This document shows, piece by piece, positions 57,552 through 64,000 of a stretch of DNA of 64,000 nt (positions are counted from its first letter, which is position 1; the number at the start of each line of letters is the position of its first letter). The stretch lies in IMG/VR virus record IMGVR_UViG_3300013126_000009, one strand, 5' to 3'. The translations under genes were made by a program, and so were the position numbers. The notes under the pieces were generated by a model that saw nothing but the letters and a program-made list of their open reading frames with translations, was not told the DNA's origin and ran no database searches. The DNA is from a virus. Lineage: Duplodnaviria; Heunggongvirae; Uroviricota; Caudoviricetes.

Positions 57552-59888
57552 ATGGCCACTAATAGATTAGTTTTACGTAGTACAGGTAGCCCATATACTT
57601 TCCCTTTACCAGATATTGTTAAAGGTTCTGTTTTGTCGTGGAGTGAGGTTGATAACAACTTTATATTTTTAAAGGGATTAGATATTAAAAGCGGTTCAGT
57701 AAGTGGTACTGACCTTATATTAGAAAGAATCAATGGTAGTAATATAAGTATCGATTTATCGGCATTTACTGGTGGTACTGGTACTGATGTTTTTGTAACT
57801 GGTGGCACTTATAGTGCATCAGCGTCAACTTTAACATTTACAAACAATACTGGTGGTACATTCAGTATAACTGGTGTAACTGGTGGTAGTGGTGGTACAG
57901 ATTATTACACAACAGGTTTTACATTTAACCCAGCAAATTATGACATTACCGTCAGTTTGAATAATGGTACTGATTTAACACAGAATTTGGGTATATTAGC
58001 TGGTGACCTTAAAGTCACTGGTGGTACTTATAATCCATCTACTGGTGTTGCAACCTTTACTAATAATAGTGGCGGTACATTCCAAGTTACTGGATTCTTA
58101 ACTGGTTATACGGATATATATACAACTGGTTTTACTTATGATAACACAACAAATACATTATCAATTAGTGATACTTATGGTTCCGTATATAATGCGTTAA
58201 TTGACCAAATGTCTGGTTTGACAATAAATGGTAATTTAACCGTTACTGGAACCTCTAATTTAAATAATGTAACTGCCAGTACAATAACTAATCTAAATTA
58301 TATCGATTTTAATACTGGATATACCCCAACTCAGCAGATTGGTAGGATTCATTGGGACCAAGATTATGGTACGTTAGACGTTGACTTAGAGGGTAATAAT
58401 GTAAATCTTAAAGTTGGTTTAGACAATTTATATTATATTAAGAATCAAAGTGGTTCAACAATAAATAAAGGTAGAGTTGTTAGAGCTGCTGGAACCTTAG
58501 GTTCTTCAGGTAGAATACTTGGCGAGTATATGATTGCTGATGGTACAATACCTCATTATTTTACTCTTGGTATCGCTGGTGAAAATATTTTAAATGGTGA
58601 AGATGGTTATGTTTATGAGTTTGGCTTAATTAAGGGTTTAAACACCACAGGTTCATTATATGGTGAAACGTGGAGTGGTGGTACAATACTTTATGTTCAC
58701 CCGACTATAGCTGGTGGTTTAACCAGCATTGAACCTGTTGAACCAAATTTGAAAATACAAATGGCTATTGTTATTGATGCTGATAGTAATGGTTCTTTGT
58801 TTGTTAGACCAAGTTTAGGTTATAATATCGGTGATTTACATAATGTACAAACTTCTGGACAGACCAATGGTGATTTACTAATATATAATAGTGGAACTAC
58901 GATATTTGAATTTGGTAAAACATTAACTGGCAATTATTTAATAAGCGGTGGTCTATCAGCGACAACGGGAACATTTGGTCAATTGGGTATTTATAACCAA
59001 TTTATTTTTCCAACAACTGATGGTTCGCCAAATCAAGTATTGCAGACTGATGGTGCTGGTAATGTTTCTTGGGCAACAGTATCTGGTGGTACTGGTAGTA
59101 CATCACCAGCTGGTTTAGATACTCAGATACAATTCAATCAAGGTGGTTCATTTGGTGCAAACTCTGGATTGACCTATGATTATGGAACAAATGTGTTTAA
59201 AACTGAAGCCGTTATTGGTAATTCAACTAATCTATTTGAGAATGGAATTTCATTTATAGGTCCAAGCAGCGGTGTAACTTCAATTTTATATAATAATGCA
59301 TTAAGTGCCACAAGTTATTCTTTTTTTCTTAACGGTGATTTATCATCAATTGCTGATGATTATTCAACAATATTGGGTTATACTGATTTTGGTACCAATG
59401 ACCGAACACTTGTCAATCTAAGAAAGGATGTCGCCCAAATGCAATGGGTTGATGATGTTAACAGTCGTGAATCAGAAATAAGTTTAAACAATTCTGGTGT
59501 TAGTATTTACAATAATACTGGCACAACTTCTACAGGTATATATATAACTAATCAATACGGTGTAAATGTTAATTTATTTAATACAGGTCAAAGTCAAACT
59601 TTTCTTGTTACTAGAGAAACAGCCCCATCAGTCTATACTCATTATTTTAGCGTAGACACAAACGGTTATGTAACAATAAACGAAGCTTATACGTTCCCTA
59701 ACACTGATGGTTCACCAAGTCAAGTGTTGCAGACTGATGGTTCTGGTAATGTGTCATGGAGTTATATTTTTACTTCAGGCTCGACAACAGCTAATGCTGG
59801 TGTTCAAACATTACCATCGAACCCTCTTGGGTTCATAATAACTAATTTAAATGGTACACCCGTTAAAATTCCTTATTACGATATTTAA
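57552..59888 (+). CDS. tail fibre/appendage protein
   Basis: N-terminal LSWSEVDNNF; T/G-rich repeats; duplicated FPxTDGSPxQVLQTDGxGNVSW; C-terminal KIPYY. Confidence 0.75.
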   Translation: MATNRLVLRSTGSPYTFPLPDIVKGSVLSWSEVDNNFIFLKGLDIKSGSVSGTDLILERINGSNISIDLSAFTGGTGTDVFVTGGTYSASASTLTFTNNTGGTFSITGVTGGSGGTDYYTTGFTFNPANYDITVSLNNGTDLTQNLGILAGDLKVTGGTYNPSTGVATFTNNSGGTFQVTGFLTGYTDIYTTGFTYDNTTNTLSISDTYGSVYNALIDQMSGLTINGNLTVTGTSNLNNVTASTITNLNYIDFNTGYTPTQQIGRIHWDQDYGTLDVDLEGNNVNLKVGLDNLYYIKNQSGSTINKGRVVRAAGTLGSSGRILGEYMIADGTIPHYFTLGIAGENILNGEDGYVYEFGLIKGLNTTGSLYGETWSGGTILYVHPTIAGGLTSIEPVEPNLKIQMAIVIDADSNGSLFVRPSLGYNIGDLHNVQTSGQTNGDLLIYNSGTTIFEFGKTLTGNYLISGGLSATTGTFGQLGIYNQFIFPTTDGSPNQVLQTDGAGNVSWATVSGGTGSTSPAGLDTQIQFNQGGSFGANSGLTYDYGTNVFKTEAVIGNSTNLFENGISFIGPSSGVTSILYNNALSATSYSFFLNGDLSSIADDYSTILGYTDFGTNDRTLVNLRKDVAQMQWVDDVNSRESEISLNNSGVSIYNNTGTTSTGIYITNQYGVNVNLFNTGQSQTFLVTRETAPSVYTHYFSVDTNGYVTINEAYTFPNTDGSPSQVLQTDGSGNVSWSYIFTSGSTTANAGVQTLPSNPLGFIITNLNGTPVKIPYYDI

Positions 59889-59891
59889 ATA

Positions 59892-60275
59892 ATGATATTC
59901 AACATAAATAAAAATGCTACGTTACCCGTTTTGAATCTTGAGTTGATTCAAGATGGTCGATATGATTATTCTGATTTTTATAATAAGTTGCAGAATTCGG
60001 ACATTTATTTTACAATGTCCGATATAGAGACTGGTGTTAAAAAAATTGGTAAGAAATTAACGAACCCTTTGTTAAAAGAAGAATGTTATAATTGTGAGGA
60101 TTGTTTGGGTGAGGAGTATTACCTTTCTTATAAATTCACTGAAAGAGATACTAATAAAGGTGGTACCTACGTTGGTAAATTCATTATAGAGTTTTTGGAT
60201 GGCTCTGGAACCCTGATTGTCCCAATACAAGAGGAACTTATTATTAATGTAATAGAAGGTTACATTAAAAAGTGA
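59892..60275 (+). CDS. BppU-like Ig-fold baseplate protein
   Basis: FNINKNATLP, YKFTERDT..GTYVGKFII..GTLIVP. Confidence 0.55.
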   Translation: MIFNINKNATLPVLNLELIQDGRYDYSDFYNKLQNSDIYFTMSDIETGVKKIGKKLTNPLLKEECYNCEDCLGEEYYLSYKFTERDTNKGGTYVGKFIIEFLDGSGTLIVPIQEELIINVIEGYIKK

Positions 60276-60279
60276 ACTG

Positions 60280-63200
60280 TTAGAGAATTTCCGATTCTGA
60301 TATATTTATCATTTCATTTTTAACCAAAGACATTATATCATCTATTTCGGTATCATCAAGAGACTCGACCATATGGTTTAATACCATATCATTTGCGTGG
60401 TCTTCATCGAATTCTTCTACAGTTATTTGTGTGGTTGTATCACCACTTAACGCCTTAATCCACATATCAGTTATCTCACCGATTGAAAGGTTAATGAAAT
60501 TGTCATAACCTATTTCACATACCTTATCAATCCAATAACCACAATTATCGGTTGTAAGTTCAACATCGATTGTTGTATCTTTAATTTTATGAACGAAAGT
60601 TGTCCATCTATCATAAAGATTACCATCGATAATCATTGGGAATATTTTACAATAAAATGCATGCCTTAAGTTAGCTAGGTCTTCAAATTTGAATAGCACA
60701 TCTAAGCCTATTATGGATTCATTATACTCTTTTGAAATAAATGATAATGTATTCGAATCAACATCAGCAAAAACCAATATACTATCTGGGATAAAACCTT
60801 CTGATTTAATTTTGTTTAAATCACTGACCTCTAAACGCTTCGAAATTTCAATAATTTTTTCTCGTTCTTCGGCTAATTTCTTTGTTTTTTCTTCCTTTAT
60901 GCGTTCGTTAAACTCAAACACAACAGATTTCCATTCATCGGCTGACATTTGATTTGGTATTTCATTTGCGGCCAACCAAAATTTTATTTCCTTATCCTCA
61001 ATTTGCATAAGTTCAGCATATGAGTCTTGGTCTTCAGATGATAAAGGATAACCAGCCACTAATTTACATTGACTTTCTGTAAAAAAACTTTTTTCCGTTA
61101 ATACCAGATTCTTAGTTTTTTTATCCGTAACCATATCGATAAGTATATTATTTCTAATATCCTCACTGAAACATACTAACAATGGAGTTATTCGTGTATT
61201 AAGTGCATTAAGATATCTTGGAGCATTATATTCATCAGTCGTAAGTTCTGGGTTAGCCTCAATTTGTTCTTGTGGTATTAATTTACAATTAAGTGTTACT
61301 GTTCTTTGACCAGTTTCCTTATCAGTTGTAACTGTAACATCACCTTTTGATTTTGTATCACCGATATTAACATAATAAATAACATCACCTAGATTTGGGT
61401 TTAAATCATGTTCCAATACCAATTCCATGTGAGCCTTTCTTGCTTTGTAGTTACCAGCCTTAGTTAGCGTTTTACAGTCCTTAAGATATTCACTAACACT
61501 TTCTTTAACCTTTGCTTTAGAAGCTATTTTAACCAATGGTATTTTATAATTATAAATCAATTCAACATATTCATTATAATGTTGAATGAATTCATAACCT
61601 TTACCATCTAAAAGTAATCGGATACCTTTATCCAAAAACTCTTCAATATAGGTTGGCATTTTTTTAGACTTGATTGAATTACCGACCAATTTGACCTTAC
61701 CATCAATTAGGTTAGCATAATTCTTTCTTTTGAAATTGATTGTTGATGTACAAACATCATCCACATCCAAACCCATCCATTTTTCCATATAGGTCTCATT
61801 AAAATACGCAACACAAGCATCAAGTCCAATCAATTCTTCACCAGCTTTATCTTTCGTTTTCCAATGGTCACCCTTTGCAGTATATTTAATTTCATTGATA
61901 TTTTTAGGTAATGCGAAGTTAACACCATCGGTATCCATAACCAAAGGTCTCAAATCATATTTTTCCTTAAATACTTTAACCAGTAATCTTAAGTGTTGTC
62001 TTGACATGCATGTGATTTTTTCAGCACACATGCTATCACCCCATGGGAATATGTACGGTGCTCCGAATGACCCATAGAAAGAGTTTGCCAATATTTTAAG
62101 TGGTAATTGTTTTTTATCATAATCTGAAGCCATTTTAGATGCCTTTTCAATTTCATCTTCACTAGCATTTGATTCTTTAAGTTTTTTTGCTTTAAACTTA
62201 TAATCACCTGTTAAAGTTTTGTAAGTGTCCCGTGTATCAACAACATATTTAAGAAGACCCTTCATCACACCACTGATATCCAAATCTGGAAAGATGTCAT
62301 AAGTTAATGTTGTTTTTGGATAAAGTGCAGCATAATCTAATTTCGCAACGTTCTCTGCAAAACCAGTTTCCAATAATCTTGATAAACCACCAGTAAAATC
62401 TCTTTTTGGTTCATAATCTGGAATACCTAAACCGTTCTCATATGACCATGCTAACAATATCAATGTCCACTGACCAGCAGTACCCATTGTTGAACTTCTC
62501 ATATAAGATGTTGGTAACAACTTGGCCAACAGGAAAGAGGCTTGATTATAGATTGCATCAACTTTCTCTGTTTCCCAAAGGTCATCTAAAAGGTATCTTT
62601 GAACAATATAGTCACCCTTAACGATTTTTAATGGTTCTGATAATTCATTAACATATCCTGAACCCTCTAATAGACCCCAAGAACCGTCTTCGTTATTGAA
62701 CCAATAGTCACGGGTATCAGCCCATGTTGAATGTATTTTATCACCCTCCACATACACACGATTCTTCTTATTGATTTTTGAGAATTTTGTAATGTATTTA
62801 AGACCCCAACTCTTTATGTCTGAATTAATAGCTTGCGCTCGTCTCACAGCATGAGATGTATCCAATATGTTTGTACCCCATAGAGTTGTTTGAGTATATC
62901 GTTCAGTCTCATTACCCAATTTTAGTGTTGAATTCTCGATTCTTTTCAACGGTGTTTTACCATCAAAACCAAACAATAAACCACTAAAATCAAGTCCCAA
63001 CCGCTGACATCTTCGCTCAAAATAATCCCAATCGAAGTTCTCTGAATTATATCCAGCGATAATATCAGGTTTTATTCGCATAACCTCATTGGCAAATGAA
63101 ACAATATTTAATCTTTCACTGTCACGTCTTTCTTGTTGTGTTTCACCAATGGTTTCTAAAACCATTTCGTAACCCCTATTATCTCTTAAACCTATTTGAA

Positions 63201-63753
63201 ATATGGCATCAGTCTCAGGATTAAGACCCTCAGTTTCAAGGTCAAATTGAAATCTGTGTAGGTCGTCATAGTCTTCCATACCCTTAAACATTCGTTTACC
63301 AGTCTGAATCAAAAACTGTTCAGCTGGTTGAATTCTCATGACTAACCTTGAATTCTCTTTCTTAAATGGGTCAAAACCGCCTCGTTTGAAAAAATTTATA
63401 AGGTCGTTGGGTGTTTTACTACATGTTACAAGATACTTAAAACCTCTTGACATTCTAGCTGGTATCTTACCTTCAGAATTATCAGTTTTTAACGCCTCAA
63501 TCTTAATACCATACTTAAGCATCGCATCCTTTAACTTACCCCTATTTCCACCATATAGTTGTTTACCAACAACCTCTTTCATCCAAAGAAATGGTCGATA
63601 TGTGTGAACTTCTACACGCTTACCCGTGTCTGGGTCATTAATGACCAAGTATGCTTTATTCTCATCATTTGGCGCTTCAATAGCAACGATATATTTCTGT
63701 TCATCTTTACCTGCAATGAACCGCTCAATCACTTCAAAATTGATTTCAGACAT
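60280..63753 (-). CDS. family B DNA polymerase with C-terminal extension
   Basis: exo FDLET, GYNSENFDW; pol DYAALYP, KILANSFYG, DTDG, KNY. Confidence 0.95.
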   Translation of the reverse strand: MSEINFEVIERFIAGKDEQKYIVAIEAPNDENKAYLVINDPDTGKRVEVHTYRPFLWMKEVVGKQLYGGNRGKLKDAMLKYGIKIEALKTDNSEGKIPARMSRGFKYLVTCSKTPNDLINFFKRGGFDPFKKENSRLVMRIQPAEQFLIQTGKRMFKGMEDYDDLHRFQFDLETEGLNPETDAIFQIGLRDNRGYEMVLETIGETQQERRDSERLNIVSFANEVMRIKPDIIAGYNSENFDWDYFERRCQRLGLDFSGLLFGFDGKTPLKRIENSTLKLGNETERYTQTTLWGTNILDTSHAVRRAQAINSDIKSWGLKYITKFSKINKKNRVYVEGDKIHSTWADTRDYWFNNEDGSWGLLEGSGYVNELSEPLKIVKGDYIVQRYLLDDLWETEKVDAIYNQASFLLAKLLPTSYMRSSTMGTAGQWTLILLAWSYENGLGIPDYEPKRDFTGGLSRLLETGFAENVAKLDYAALYPKTTLTYDIFPDLDISGVMKGLLKYVVDTRDTYKTLTGDYKFKAKKLKESNASEDEIEKASKMASDYDKKQLPLKILANSFYGSFGAPYIFPWGDSMCAEKITCMSRQHLRLLVKVFKEKYDLRPLVMDTDGVNFALPKNINEIKYTAKGDHWKTKDKAGEELIGLDACVAYFNETYMEKWMGLDVDDVCTSTINFKRKNYANLIDGKVKLVGNSIKSKKMPTYIEEFLDKGIRLLLDGKGYEFIQHYNEYVELIYNYKIPLVKIASKAKVKESVSEYLKDCKTLTKAGNYKARKAHMELVLEHDLNPNLGDVIYYVNIGDTKSKGDVTVTTDKETGQRTVTLNCKLIPQEQIEANPELTTDEYNAPRYLNALNTRITPLLVCFSEDIRNNILIDMVTDKKTKNLVLTEKSFFTESQCKLVAGYPLSSEDQDSYAELMQIEDKEIKFWLAANEIPNQMSADEWKSVVFEFNERIKEEKTKKLAEEREKIIEISKRLEVSDLNKIKSEGFIPDSILVFADVDSNTLSFISKEYNESIIGLDVLFKFEDLANLRHAFYCKIFPMIIDGNLYDRWTTFVHKIKDTTIDVELTTDNCGYWIDKVCEIGYDNFINLSIGEITDMWIKALSGDTTTQITVEEFDEDHANDMVLNHMVESLDDTEIDDIMSLVKNEMINISESEIL

Positions 63754-63817
63754 TAAATAATTTTGTTTAATTATTATATATTACGAAAATTTTTTAACCA
63801 TAGACCTATGGTCACGA

Positions 63818-63825
63818 CAAATATA
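63818..63825 (-). promoter_or_regulatory. Bacteroidota-type -7 element TATATTTG upstream of polymerase
   Basis: TAnnTTTG match. Confidence 0.55.
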
Positions 63826-63865
63826 CAAAAAAACTTAGCTAATTACAATAATTTTCGTAAACTGT

Positions 63866-64000
63866 TTAGTACACCCAGAAGCCTAAAGGTCTGTATTTTA
63901 AAGCTTGATTGAGAAATTCAGCTTCTTTGGCCCCTCGCTCAAGTTGCGAAGTCGATGATAATCTAACTAACCTCTCATCCAATCTTTCTAAGATAGCCTT
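63866..64000 (-). CDS. 3' end of a gene, possibly neck/head-completion protein (gp13-like)
   Basis: KAILERLDERL...LKYRPLGFWVY-stop. Confidence 0.4.
   Translation of the reverse strand, partial: KAILERLDERLVRLSSTSQLERGAKEAEFLNQALKYRPLGFWVY

Noticed and set aside
1-64000. Stop-codon recoding (TAG or TGA read-through) as in some large phages
   Set aside because: Core genes are full length under code 11 and coding density is already high

Overview
AT-rich, densely coding 64 kb segment of a large (jumbo-type) tailed phage with a T4-like head module. TAnnTTTG promoters and A-rich leaders without Shine-Dalgarno sites point to a Bacteroidota host. The + strand of 0.3-21 kb carries putative head-internal proteins, large terminase, an intein-containing portal, prohead protease, scaffold and a gp23-like major capsid protein, followed by a Hef-like endonuclease. 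The - strand of 23-55 kb carries baseplate-like genes, a gp55-like late sigma factor, PhoH, dUTPase and a ~20 kb region with about 10 glycosyltransferases plus Gmd/Fcl/ColD-like enzymes and an FkbM methyltransferase. Tail/fibre genes and a family B DNA polymerase end the window. Main hypotheses: (1) a phage-encoded virion glycosylation system, because an [S/T]-[G/A]-x-T motif is strongly enriched only in virion-surface proteins; (2) a ~250-nt structured ncRNA with its own late promoter between protease and scaffold; (3) modular head-cargo polyproteins cut at [L/I/V]-x-E sites, one probably made by a -1 slip on an A10 run; (4) a late promoter ATATTTAT, the reverse complement of the T4 late promoter; (5) a three-way-junction 5' leader. 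All family calls are by motif recognition; no database search was run.
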